A stretch of DNA of 64,000 bases from Psilocybe cubensis (lineage: Eukaryota), in NCBI GenBank assembly GCA_017499595.2, contig CM038998.1, forward strand, positions 3,410,001-3,474,000, given 5' to 3'. Below the pieces are notes generated by a model, which searched no databases, was not told the origin of the DNA, and saw only the letters and a program-made list of their open reading frames with translations. This document shows, one piece after another, positions 10,448 through 23,351 of this stretch. Position 1 is the first letter of the stretch, and every line of letters starts with the position of its first letter. The position numbers and the translations under genes were made by a program.

Positions 10448-12829
10448 TCAAGATTCCACTACCGCTGGTGTAGAGACAACAGAGTCTACCGCCATTTTAT
10501 CATCTACCGATACCTCTCCATCCTCAGACTTTTCTGCGGTAGATTCAGGGGCAGCTTCAGAGGCTTGGTTGGTATCCGCGGCCGCGGTAGTAGTGACTGG
10601 TGCTTCCGTCCCCGAACCTCCAGCGTTACTCTCCGCTGAAGGAGTATCAACATCCATGCTTGATTCCGCTGCGGCAGAAGCCAATAGGCGGACTGCGGTT
10701 GTATGACCGCTGGGTCCAGCACCGTGAGTATTCATGGTACCAGAGTTCAATATACCTCCACCGAGACCGAATTTGTGGTTACCATTGGGTTCTTCGCTTT
10801 CCCGTTTGCGGTATCTTGCGTGGTTTCGGCGGCCACCTTCACCTTCGTCATCGGAGTCAGAAAGTTCACCGTCTGCTTGGCGCCTTGCATCTAGCAAACG
10901 CATAGGTCGACGATCATTTGGGTCCATGAGATCTTCATCCTCGTTGGGATCGTCAAGGGCACTATCGATAGGCATTGACGGAATGTCTGTTCAGGACGAT
11001 CTTCCATAAGCAAAATTATGACAGGACTCGTGAGGAGCAGAGTTTTACAGACCTGACATTTGAACACTTGGAGGACCACCAGCATGTCGAAGATTTTCCA
11101 AAACAATTCGTTTTACCCGATCAAGGTAAGCTGGACTATTCAGGTCATCGGCATTTGATGATTTAACATCAAGTTCATAGTCAGGCCCAAAGTATTCATA
11201 ATACTCATTTACGGGAATTTCTAGGGAAGTAAATCAGCGACAGAGACCAAACAGTGCAATAAAGCATTACCCGGCCCAAGTTCTACACCAGCCGCTAATC
11301 CAGTCTCAAATGCCCATGCTCTACTGACATTGCGCATGGTATAGCCTCCGCCGCCGAGAAGAAGGAGAGGCTTGTTGAAAGATTTTACAAATTTGACACA
11401 ATTAGCATGACCTGGGGTATTTCCGTTAACTTTATTTACAAGACCCGTGAAATATAGACGTACCTCGCATTGACAAATTTAAGCATCCCAGTTTGTCTCC
11501 TGACAAGGAGTCTGTTCCGCACTGCAAAACAATAGCTGATGGATCATAAGATTCCATAACTTGTCGGATTACCTGCAAGGATAGTTAGATAGCAGAAAAC
11601 ACGGATAACGGAAAAACTTACGGGTTCAAATACGGATTTGTAATTTTCATCAGAGATTCCATCCCGCAAAGGAAAATTGAGGGCATAATATTTTCCTTTC
11701 ATCACCCCAACGTCCTGTAAAGTGAAAGTTAGCATGAATAATGTGGATCGCGCGACTTTACATACCCGAAGTTCTCCTGTACCGGGAAAGTATTCCCCAT
11801 ATTTGTGGAAGCTCACAGTCATAACCCTGTCAGTAGTATAAAACGCTTCTTCCACGCCATCCCCATGATGCACGTCGATGTCAATGTATAGAACACGGTT
11901 ATGGTACCTAGCAGCAGTGTTGGTTTCGCGCTAAAGTACGACATGATGCACGGGACGTACCGTAGTAGTTCAAGGATACCTAACACAATGTCTATCAAAC
12001 AAGTCAGATGAAATGCGAAACTCAGAAAATCCGTAAACTCGCAGACCATTTACATAGCAAAATCCACTCGCTTCACTTTTCTTTGCGTGGTGAAGGCCAC
12101 CTGCCCAGTTCACCGCGATGTCACACTTATCACGGCTAAGTCTAGCAGCCCCCTCTATTTTAATAATGTAAGCAAGTGCATTAAATGCTAAATAGGATGA
12201 AATACCCATCGACCCTCCGGCAGATATAGAGCAATATTCGAAGAGTCCGTCGAAGACCGGACAATCATCACCAACGTTATCTTATACAGAGCTTGATATT
12301 GAGTGTTAATATTGAAACTATCGGGGACTCACATTTATGTTGCTCCTTTACAAAAGAATTCATATTACTTGGAGTGATACGACTAAGAAATTCAACATAT
12401 TCGTCCGAGTGAAATTGGGTCATTTCACGTTTTGTAGCAGGTTTCGCCCGCTAGAATGCAATAAACATAGATCATGCTATGGATTAGATAAAACATAAAC
12501 ATATATAGGGAAACTTACGAAGATTTCCATTTTCTTGTACAAGCCGTAGTTCATGACGAGGGAGTGACACATGCGTATGCGAGTGGGCTTCATGCTGCAG
12601 GTTAACGAAAAAGACACTTGAGCTAACTATACAATCGCGTAATTCAAAGCAGGAGTTACGGATGCCCTGGCCCATAATGAAAGCCACCAATATCCGAATC
12701 GAAAAAGTAACACTACACAGGCGTCAATCAGCCGTACAAATATGCCTCATGAAGGCTATAGTAAAATACAAGACGTACGACGCGTTTCTTTTGAGTTTCC
12801 CCATCAAGCGGAATCATTTTTTCTGACAT
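10448..12829 (-). CDS. RPD3: class I histone deacetylase Rpd3/Clr6
   Basis: [119 protein letters not shown], acidic tail. Confidence 0.98.
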
Positions 12830-13197
12830 CTTGAGTAATGGAGAATGCGATTATTGCATTACTTTTGTGTGGAAGGAATAAGAGCGTCGAAATACAAAGA
12901 GCGTTTATGACCAAATAGTACCGTCCAGACGCGGCACACCACCGAGATCAACCTTCGCACGGTTTTTATTTGCCAACACCGTCCGATGCAAATAATGTCA
13001 ATAAATACGTCACCGCGATGTGAACAAGTTTTGCCAATGAAACGGCTACTCCGGTGCATTGTGTATCCAGTGTAAGTTGACATGGATTATAAGAACATTC
13101 TCAGCGTACAACATCTACTATATACTACTATGCGGACCTACAAGTCAAACAGAAAGTAACGTAAAATGTGGTAGAAGAAAAAAGGCAACCATTAACT

Positions 13198-14081
13198 TTA
13201 CAATTTATTTTTGCCCAAAGGCGCCTCGCGATCTATCGATTCATTAGTTTTGTTGCATCGTTTAAATAATTTTGGATCACCTTGGTATACCAGGGTTGAC
13301 GGTGCAAAACCGAAGTCTTCAGCAAGTTGTATTCCCTGCCCAAAGATAAGTCACAGGTGTGTCTCTGAGAATATCGCAGTGAACGAACCAATTCTCCTGC
13401 AATGACGCGGACCTGTGTGCGGTGCTTGAGTGCATCGTAATTGATGTTTCTAAAATGATTTACCATAGACCAGTGATGCACACAATGTAGACTCGCAAAC
13501 CAAAGCTTATGCCTGTTTCAATATACACCTTTTGTAGGATTAATGAAGGTCTCACCTCCCTGCCGATTGTGGTTTTGAATGAATGCATGTACGGTGTGAT
13601 AGCATGCAGTGATATTTCTTCGTCGAAGTTTACGGCTGGGACAACTTCTTCCAACTGCTTTACAGCATCGAGTAATGCGGATCGCGCCCCGTCAATACTA
13701 TTCTCCATTGGCGTGTTTCGAATTCGTGTATCGTAGGATAGCACCCGAGGTGAGGGGCTTTGCATGCACTCTATCAAGAGTACAAAGTGATCGCGGGCAT
13801 GCCTAAGGTGTTTACCTTCAATACCGCTCGATTCAGTGAATGAAATATATTTGGGACAGAAACTTATTCATACCGATTGTCGAGCCCGGAAGATGTTTCG
13901 AGTTTACAGTCAGTTGTTCATCCGACGTCAGATGATTGTCGACGAGATCCACCGCCTGCAGAAGAACAGTCTTTGCTACCGCAATTTGTTGTTTAACAAT
14001 GTCGCAAACCGCGTGTTCGGATATTTGTGAAGTCGAAGTCATGGTGGTGGTGGTGGTATTCTCAGTAGTAGATTGAGCCAT
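13198..14081 (-). CDS. DinB/YfiT-superfamily four-helix protein with PTS1-like C-terminus (GKNKL)
   Basis: Spliced motifs GSTIGKHLRHARDHF, LSYDTRIR, TTIGRELWFASLHCVHHWSMVRVIA, FGFAPST match the pattern of bacterial DinB-family proteins. ATG at 14081 (the ORF-track start at 14087 is TTG). Confidence 0.8.
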
Positions 14082-14668
14082 CGTCAAATAAAGGGGAAGG
14101 AACCAAGTGGCAAATGATCGGGCAGAGCCACGTCAATTATATATACGTCAATGTGTATTGTAAATACAAGTAAAATAAAATACCACGATCAAGACGAGGT
14201 AAAGACCCTTTGCCTCGCGCACCCCTCGAGACTGATCCTATGACACTCCTGTAACAGTTGCCCCATGCTGCTAATAAGCGAAGGTAGTTTGAGAGTACAC
14301 GAGGAGGAATAAATCGGAAAATTCGGAAATATTTCTCTGCCTAATTTCGAGCAACCTAAGAAGAGATAAGTCACCCGAACTCAAGGCGAGAATGGTAGTC
14401 GATCTGCCAAAGTAATGCCCACCCTGCCCGAAGGAAGGACGGGTGAGAGACAGGAAGAAGCCCGAACATCATCGACCGTCGTCGTCACTTTGGATAGAGA
14501 GCAAGTTCCAGGGTCAGCAATCATTTTTTATATCATTGCTGACAAAGCATATGCCTTTTGTGGACATAGCGTTCGGGGTCCGGTATCGGTGGTGTCCAGG
14601 TCATCAGCCTGTCGCGGTGCAACTGCATTCTCCCAAGTTTACATCCTTCCTATTACCTACTTTTCTCC

Positions 14669-16397
14669 ATGTTGACGTCGTTGAGGAAAGCGGCCTCATT
14701 GGCGCGTGTATGTACTAGTTACAATCAAGATTTTCTTTTCTAACCTGTTCAGCAGACTGCATCTGCAGGTCAGAAGCGATTCCTGTCAATACATGAATAC
14801 CAATCCATGAAGCTTCTTAACGACGTCAGTTTTTTTCTTAACCTCGAGTTATGTGTATCTTAAAGTGGAAACTAGTACGGAATTGCGACACCGAAAAGTG
14901 TTGCCGCAAAGACACCTCAGGAGGCTTATGACGTCGCAAAGAATTTTGGTAGTGTTGTTGAGTTGTGGCTAAAAAGGTATCTAACAAATTTTGCGTAGGC
15001 TCTAACAACCTCGTAATCAAGGCTCAAGTGTTAGCTGGTGGTAGAGGAAAGGGCAAATTTAACAATGGCTTCCAGGGTGGTGTTCATATGGTCGACAGGT
15101 CAGTATTTCCATACATGATCTATTGCAAACACTTATGAATATCCTCCCTCTTTCAAGTCCTAAACAGGCCCAGGACATTGCTGAGAAGATGATTGGTGCA
15201 AGTCTCATCACGAAGCAGACAGGTGCTGCGGGACGAGTGTGCAATGCTGTCAGGAATCTTTTTTGTAATCTTATACCAAAAATACGTATTCTAACCTATA
15301 AAAACCCCAGGTCATGCTGGCAGAGCGTAGACAGCCTGAGCATGAATACTACGTCGCCGTATTGAATGACCGTGCTTCTCAAGGAGTTGTGTTGGTCGCC
15401 TCTGCTCAAGGTGGCATGAATATCGAGGAGGTTGCCGCCAAAGATCCCAATGCAATCATTACCACACCCATCAATTTTAAAAAGGGACTTTCCAAAGAAG
15501 AAGCTATTGCTGTCGCTCAGAAACTTGGTTTCAAGGATGCAGATACCCAATCGCAAGCAGCTGATGTATTCATTAACCTATACCGAATCTTCAAGGAAAA
15601 GGATGCTACCCAGATTGAGATCAACCCTATGGCCCTTACCACCGACGGCCAAGTCTTATGGTATGCTATTATTGATTGTAAAATCTTTCAGAATTGCTTA
15701 AATCTCGCCTAGCATGGATGCTAAATTTGGTTTTGACGACAATGCTGAGTTCCGTCAAAAGGATGTCTTCGGTCTCCGTGATATCTCCCAAGAGGAACCC
15801 TCGGAGGTAGAGGCCCAAAAGGCCAACCTTAACTTCATCAAGCTTGACGGTACCATTGGTTGTTTGGTCAACGGTGCCGGTCTTGCAATGGCTACAATGG
15901 ATGTGCTCTCGCTCCATGGTGGCAACCCTGCTAACTTCCTCGACGTCGGAGGGTGTGTCTTTTGCAATCTATTACTTGAGATCACTTATTGACGCGACTA
16001 CAGTGGTGCTACTCCTGAGACTGTCAAGAAAGCTTTCGAAATTATTGTATCTGACCCCAAGGTCAAAAGCATCTTCATCAATATCTTCGGCGGTGCGCAC
16101 ATCTATATTCTCAGCACGCTATATTATATAACTTTTGCTAGGTATCATGCGATGCGATTATATCGCGGAAGGTGTCATTAGGGCTGCAAAGGAGCTAGAT
16201 CTTACTATTCCTCTCATTGTGAGATTGAAAGGCACCAAGGAAGCTGAAGCCAAGAAGTAAGCCCTTCACAATGGTGGAAGATAATAACATATGTCTGACG
16301 TGTTCATCGTAGGATGATTAAGGATTCTGGCTTGAAAATCATTCCTTTTGACAGCCTGGATGAAGCCGCCGCACAGGCTGTCAAGTTGGCTGTTTAG
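14669..16397 (+). CDS. LSC2: succinyl-CoA ligase beta subunit, mitochondrial
   Basis: Presequence [98 protein letters not shown]. Confidence 0.98.
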
Positions 16398-16578
16398 GTT
16401 TAGATATTAGACGGATTCGACTATATTAATCACTTTCATATAACTTTTATGCGACGGCAAAAAATCGGTGTGATATAACACAAACGAAGACAGCATATAC
16501 CGTAAGAAAACAATAAGTAACAAAAACTAGAGAGACAGTGTACAACAATTTTGTGCTAGTCGAAGCAGAGGAGGCCTA

Positions 16579-19500
16579 TCACCAAGTCGGTCTGACGAAG
16601 GGTTGAGTAGGGGCAGGATTAAAGCCACTATGGGAAGGTTGATGATGTCCATTGTGCGCTGCAAGTTGTTGCTGTTGTTGAGGCGGGGGTGGAGGCGGGG
16701 GTTGGGGGGGCGGTATTTGCCCGTTATCTGCGCGTGGCTGACCACGGCCAGCTGGAATAGGCATGTAGCCATGATTTTGAGGGACCTGCACTGCATGAAG
16801 CATTACTGGACTACTGCTGTACATTGCTGACCCAGGGTGGGCATGTGCATGAGACATGACAGGACTCATGACCGGAATGCCACGCCCGCGGCCTGCATTC
16901 TGTGCTTGGGGTGTCGCGGGCATCATGTTCGGGGGCGGTGGTTGAGGGCCATAGCCGGGTGCTGGATAAGGCATTATTTGGGCAGGATACGGACCAACAG
17001 GGCGCATCATATTACTGTGTGGTTGAGACGTTGGAGGAACGGTCATCCACATTGGTTGGCTATATAACGGTGTATGCCCATTGAGCTGCATCCTACTCGG
17101 AACAGGGCTCGAGGTCATTGGGTGTCCATACATGACGGGTGCCGGTGAGTGGCTCATCATAGGTGAAGGATATGGAACATAGGCAGCAGGACGCATACCG
17201 TTTTGAGGTACAGGAGGATACGGATAAGTAGCAGCAGTGGGACGAGCTACAGGTGCGTGAGTAGACGGAGGCGAAAACGTTGCCCGATGCTGTGGCTGAC
17301 TTGAGGCGGAGGAAGACGTTGGCACCGTTTGAAAAGCCCTAGTAACATCATGGAGTGACATTCGCGATGGAGCACTTGGCAATGACGGTGGTGGTGTTTC
17401 CCCGTCCTCGGACTTCACATCCTGCAATGTGAATGGTAAAGCAGTCAAATCATCAGCAATGCCTTCCAATGAATTGACAGGATGTAATCCGGCCTTATTG
17501 GACGGTTGTGACCAAACGGCTTTGAGGTGCTCAGGATCTGGGGCACGAGCAGGGGAGTCCTTCATGGGTAAGCTCACTGAAGACCTGCTCCATGATCCCG
17601 CGGAATGATGGGTGGGAGGCGTCGCGGGGACGTGTTCATTCTGAAAGCAGAGGTAAGCTGAGTCGTCGAAATTATCACAAAACACCACTTACTGAAGAAT
17701 CTACCTTCTCCATTTTGCTAGGCGCAAACGACGGTACCCGATCCTCAGCAGATGCCAGAACCGGTTTCACTACTCCATTGGTCACTGGGGTCACTGTTGC
17801 AGCTTTCTCCTCCAGGGCTTGTTGTGTATCCGTGGTGGAAGATGTCTGGGTATCTATAACATCGTCCAACTGACTACCCACGATGAAATTGACTATCGGT
17901 GTTGCATCAGCTTCGATGATGCGAGAATCACGACGAAATGCTACAGCAGAACCTGCTGGCATCTTAGGTTGTGCACGGGGGCGTACTGCAGAGTTGCTTT
18001 CAGATTTTGTAGGAGAATTTTCGCTGGGCTTGGGGATTGAAGCAATGTGAGCCTCTGGAGGGGTGCTATCTGGAGGAGGCGAACGACTTGTGGTGTTCAG
18101 TTCAGCAGCGAAGTCTACCTTCGCAGGAGAAGGTGTAACTGGGTTTCTCCAAGTAGCCACTCCATCTGCATTGGTTGGTCGCCCAAACGCACCAATCCCG
18201 TTGACTTTCGTCGGGGCTAAGGATGGTATGTTGACTTTGGGACCCCTGCGCCTGGGAAGGACGATGCGATAGTTGATTTTACCTTTGTAGATAATAGGCT
18301 TGCGGAACAGTACGTCGTTCAGCGATAAGTCCCTGCGATTCATTTCTGCCACTGGTGGATCGAAAGAGAGAATGTCCATGCGGGCTTGAAATGGAGGTCT
18401 GAAGAAAGCGTGCAACTGTTTCTTGTTAATGAACGGTACAGGACGAGATACCGACGGAAACCGAAGCACACTTTTGCCTGCTGGTGGTGGTGACATTGGG
18501 GGCTGCAGTGCTGTCACCAAGAAGACTTCCTGAGGTTCGTCGCTATCGTCAAATTTGCGTGGCCTAAGATGTGGAGGAATCCAACGGTCTTTAGTAGTGA
18601 CTCTGCTAGTTATTGAGGCAGATGTGTGGCCTGACGAAACTGTACGAGAAGGCTGCAAATCTTGATCGGTAGGATTGTTCACAGGAAGTTCTTTCGGCGT
18701 TTCATGTGTTTGCATTGTAACAAGTACACCTTTGATCCGCGACATAGCATCATCCAATGCTGTTATCGTAGCTTCCTTGTAAAATGCTTGATTACGAGGA
18801 GTTCGTTGAGCAACGAGATTATGCGGAACCTGTACTGTTTGCCCGCTTTCGTGTTGACTAAGCGGTTCTTTCGTCAAAAGCGCAGCAGTATCGGGAGAGG
18901 ACGCCTCGTCCTTGGCGGGCAGTTGATTTTTGTTGGGTGAAATACGCTCCCGAGCAGATATCGAGGAATCAACTTGTTCGATCTCATCAGCAACCTGGGT
19001 TTTGGTATCGTCTGTTCTTGCTGGAGGCTCAAGCACTTCTTGGGAAACCTTTCTCCTCCAAGCACCGAAATCTGACTTCTTCAAGGATGGTTCGATTACT
19101 GTCGTCTCTTCAAAGAAATCGCTAGCGATAGGCCGTGACGCTCTTGAAGATAGAGCAGCAGCAGGATTGGGTACCTCCTTGGAGCTTTCCAGCGTTGATT
19201 CCGAGACGTCTTCGTGGCCAACGAACTTGCCCATTTCTGTGAAGTCTACAACTTCAAGTTCGTCTTTCGAACCATCTGCAATAGATTCCACTTGCTCCGC
19301 TGCAGAGGGCCCTGAAGAAATAAAGTTGGAAGGTATAGAAGGGCGAGATTGGATCTGCCGTGGTCGAGGAGATGTTGGAATCGGATTTGGTCGTACTCTC
19401 CAGGATTCTGTCTGAGATGCAGGCGAGGGGGGAACGGGTATCGGGCGCGGAGCGGTATTGCTCAGTCGTCTTGTGGGCCGAGATTCCGTGCGTGGGACGG

Positions 19501-21978
19501 CCTTCAAAGACGGTGGGCGTTGCAAAGATATCCTTTTTGGAACGGCCTCCGAGTTATTGGCATTTCCAGCTTGCAGAGAAAGTTCGGAAGATTTTACTGC
19601 AGCTTCGATTAACTGGACAGCTTCTTTCTCCTGCATAAATGATTGGATAAGATGTTAGTCTCACAAAAGAAAAAGGGTACATGCCTTAGCTGCGGCCAAA
19701 GCTGCTTCCTCTTCTTTTCGTTGTTGTTTCTCTTTCTCAGCTTTCATCTTCTCTTCAATCTCCTGAGCTTTACGTCGTGCCCTCTCTTTCAAAGCTTCGC
19801 GTTCTTCCTCTTCCTGCTGTCGCCTTTGCTTTGCTCTTTCGGCAGCTGTGTGCATCACATCTTTCCGAACTTCATCTAACTCGGGTGCACTGAGAGCGGG
19901 TAAATTAGCGCCAGGAGGGACAACAGGGGATACAACATTGAGAGAGGCTTGAGAAACAGCTGGAGAATGAGGAGGTATCCGTCCAGACGTGGAAACCGGT
20001 AGTCCCGCAGGTGATTCAGCAGGTGAAAATCGTGAGTCACGCGAAGGCAGGCGTCTAGAAGGCATACTTGGAGAAACTTGGGATAAATGAGGTGGTAGCT
20101 GGCGCACGCCTTCTTGTGCAAATTTCTGTGCGGCATGTAGAGGTACCGGTGGAGGACCTATGTTGCTTCTTCTACCCCGATCAGTATTGAAGTCACGACC
20201 TCCAGTATCTACATTTAAGGGAGTGTGATGATCTCGCGACAGGCGTGGGCTTGGTGGAGGACCATCTCGCCGCGGATACTGTTCTTTGTCTCTGTTTCGG
20301 TCGCTGGTAAAACCGTTAGGAGGACCAGGGACATAGTTGCCATTGCTGCCACTAAACCTTCTTCCACGAGAACTGAAATCGGCACCTGCAGGTTTCTGAA
20401 GAACCTGGATGTTATGTGTGTCTCGAGATGATTTAAGCTCCTGAGTGGACCCCGTCCCTTCTGGATGTTGAGAGCGCTTCGAGCCAAACGGCCCTGGTTG
20501 TTGGCGATGAGTTTGACTATAAGGCTCTAACCGATTTGAACGTTCGTTGAACAATACTCGAGATGAATCTTGAGGTGAATGAGAAGTATGTGAAATTACG
20601 GGAGAAGCACTAGGACTAGCTGAATGTGGAGGAACATCTCTAGGCACTGAGGCAGGAGAATTGCGAGACTTCGGCCAACTGCGGTCAAAATCGTCCACAA
20701 ATCGATCTTCTTTGCTTACAGGTATCGTCGATTCCTTGAAATCGTCTGGCTGGGATCTCGGCACGTTTCCTGTAGATACTGACCCAGGTTGATTGGATTC
20801 GCTGGACTCGATTTTGTATTGTCGGCCATCTCCAAACTCAATTACCCCTCCAAGGAAATTGTCATCATCTTCTTCCATCTTCGAGGGGACTAAAATCAAA
20901 CATGTGCCACTAAGAATGCGTTCTGTAACATACCTCATCCCAATGATGTACGTTAGGATCTAAATGAACGCCTCTGAATGCATCAGCTTCCTCCGATCGT
21001 AATAATTTCGCTGCATTATCAGAAGTAGCCTTCGCTTCTTCAGCTGCTTTCGCTTGCTTGCGTGATGTGGATGTCACTATTCAAGTATTGTATTGAATAA
21101 CGATAACAAATGTAAAACTGGAAAAGTGCCTACCATTGGCAACCTCAGCAGCTGTTGGAAAATCACTGGGCTCGAAGTCGGGTCTAACAACAGGGGGTTT
21201 GACATTACCCCAAACCGGTTTGTTGGGGGTGTTATCCTTCTGAGAGGAGCTCATTTGTGGAACGGCATTCCTTGGTTGAGGAAGAATGACTTTCCCAGCA
21301 TGAGGCAGCTGTGGGGCAGCTGTTGCCGAAGGTTGCGAAACAGGAGCGATTGGCATTGGAGATGTGCTATTCGGCGAATTGGTGGCTGGAGATGGTGCCA
21401 CCGAGGACGGACGCGACCATCCAGCAGTTGTCGATGCTACAGCAGGACTGGCAGTCAATTTAGCGGTGACGAGACGAGAGTGCGACGAAGTAGGCTGAAC
21501 GGCAGGTCGTGCTATGATTAGAACATCCAAGTTTTAGAAATCAGGCAATATTGACCAAGGGGAAATACTCACTCGCAGGGCTGCCCGACTTCGTAATAGA
21601 CGAGCTACCTGAAGACGTTGACGTCCCGGATGCTGTATTCTTTTCAAGAAATTTCTTGTTGATGTTTACGGCGCTAAATCGTTTCGGATGTGGGGCAACT
21701 GGTGTTATTATGGAGGTTTGAACATTGCCTGAGCCCAATGGGACTAGAGAAGGGCGAGATGAAGTTGCATTGGACTGGGCATTGGCTGAATTCTGGGAGG
21801 AATTCTTCTCCAAATGTGGATCAGGGACTGCCACGGAAGGAGTTGACGGTGAACCACTATCCACATGCTTTGCCCTAGCAGCCTCCACCTCGCCCCCCGC
21901 GCTCTCCAGCACCTGTTCTTTCACCTCCTGGCCAGTCGAATCCGATAGCAGCTTAGACTCTGGAGTAGGTTGAGCCAT
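16579..21978 (-). CDS. large (~1,700 aa) low-complexity protein, PRRC2/BAT2/MOS1-like
   Basis: Six long exons joined by short introns, one of them GC-AG at 19631-19684. Motifs KRFSAVNINKKF, SDFPTAAE, HHWDEMEEDDDNFLGGVIEFGDG, coiled coil AAERAKQRRQQEEEEREALKERARRKAQEIEEK, and a Pro/Met/Gln-rich tail. Confidence 0.8.
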
Positions 21979-22386
21979 AGACGCGTCGTAACACGCCTGT
22001 TTGTTCTTTTAGTCTTCCCGTTGATGTACTAGATGATGAGAAGACAATGAGCAGATAAGTCGTCGGAGAAAAGGGCGGTAAAAACGAAAGGAAAGATATA
22101 CTGACCTGGGGTTTATACCGCCAGTGAAGGAAGAGGAATATGAATTCTCAGCTCTCAGGCAGTTCGCTGCTTGCAACCTCAGCACGGCCTCGGTCATCAA
22201 ATTTGCTGTATATGGTATTTTTCCGGATCACAAAAACGGCCGGGGTCAAACATAATGCCTCCTTGTCCACCTTCATGGACCTAACAGTGCTGTATGTATG
22301 GCGATGGTATTAATTAATGGTATCGATGGGCATACAGTGACTATAGCCATTATGCAGTTTTAATACAATACAAACTCCCAAGCAAC

Positions 22387-23218
22387 TCAGAGTTCGGCAA
22401 GCTCGGCCTCTTTCTTGTTCAACCTCTCCACCTCAGCATCCAAAGCAACGTTTGCCATTTCAATTTGGAGTACACTTGAAATAAGTTCTGTCCAACGTGT
22501 CTCCAATGCAGTTATTTGCTTGCCGAGTCGATCCTACGAGAATCGTGGTAAGAATGACATATCAATAAAACAGAAAAATGATGATGTTGAACCTGAGTGT
22601 TTTTGCGTTCACGATTAACATCAACGGTCAATTGTTGAAGCTCTTCAAGAGCTTTTTCGGTACGTTTCGCCGTAGCTTCCAGCAGGTAGTTTTGTATTCG
22701 ATAGGCATTGGCTCCGTAAGTTTGAAGCAACGCCAGATTTTGTTGCCTAGGGTCGACGGAAATTTGCTAAATGCCGTTGGCCATTGAAGATCAGATAAGT
22801 GTACATACCTCAGCCGTTGATGTTGAAGTTGTGCATGTGCATTATCTAGAGCAGATTTCCACTCTGCATCAGACGCAGGTGTGGATGACGGTGATGGTAA
22901 TGTATAACGCAAAGTGTCTAGCTGGGGGAATGGTTTGTTCGCTGCGACACGCTCAAGTTCTGCTCTTAGAAGAGGATTGTCCTAAAGTTAAAGGTAATTC
23001 ATAAAGGAGTATATGTAAAAATAAGAAGTCCGCTCACTAACAGCAAATAATGTAACAGGTGGAGGCACGCGCGGGTGAAGTGTTTGTGTAGCTTTCAGTT
23101 CGCGGGCTATTTCTTGATCGACTTTCTCTTTCAAGTAGGGATATTTTTGAAGGTCGTCATCATAATAGGGCAATGAGTCGAAGATCTCTGAGACGATTGA
23201 GGTAGATTCTGAAGCCAT
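22387..23218 (-). CDS. SPF27: pre-mRNA splicing factor Spf27/BCAS2/Cwf7
   Basis: IFDSLPYYD, LDTLRYTLP, WKSALDNAHAQLQHQRLRQQNLALLQTYGANAYR, VNRERKNTQ, LETRWTELISSVLQIE. Confidence 0.95.
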
Positions 23219-23351
23219 ATGAATGGTAAACACCGAATGAAGTTGATTGTTGCGAATACTGAGAGGTCGAGGAATGAATGGCATGGACCGGCAAAACCCG
23301 AAGATGATTGGGTCTACGCTAGTTGTTCACCAGAGCGACCACAACCTCAAA

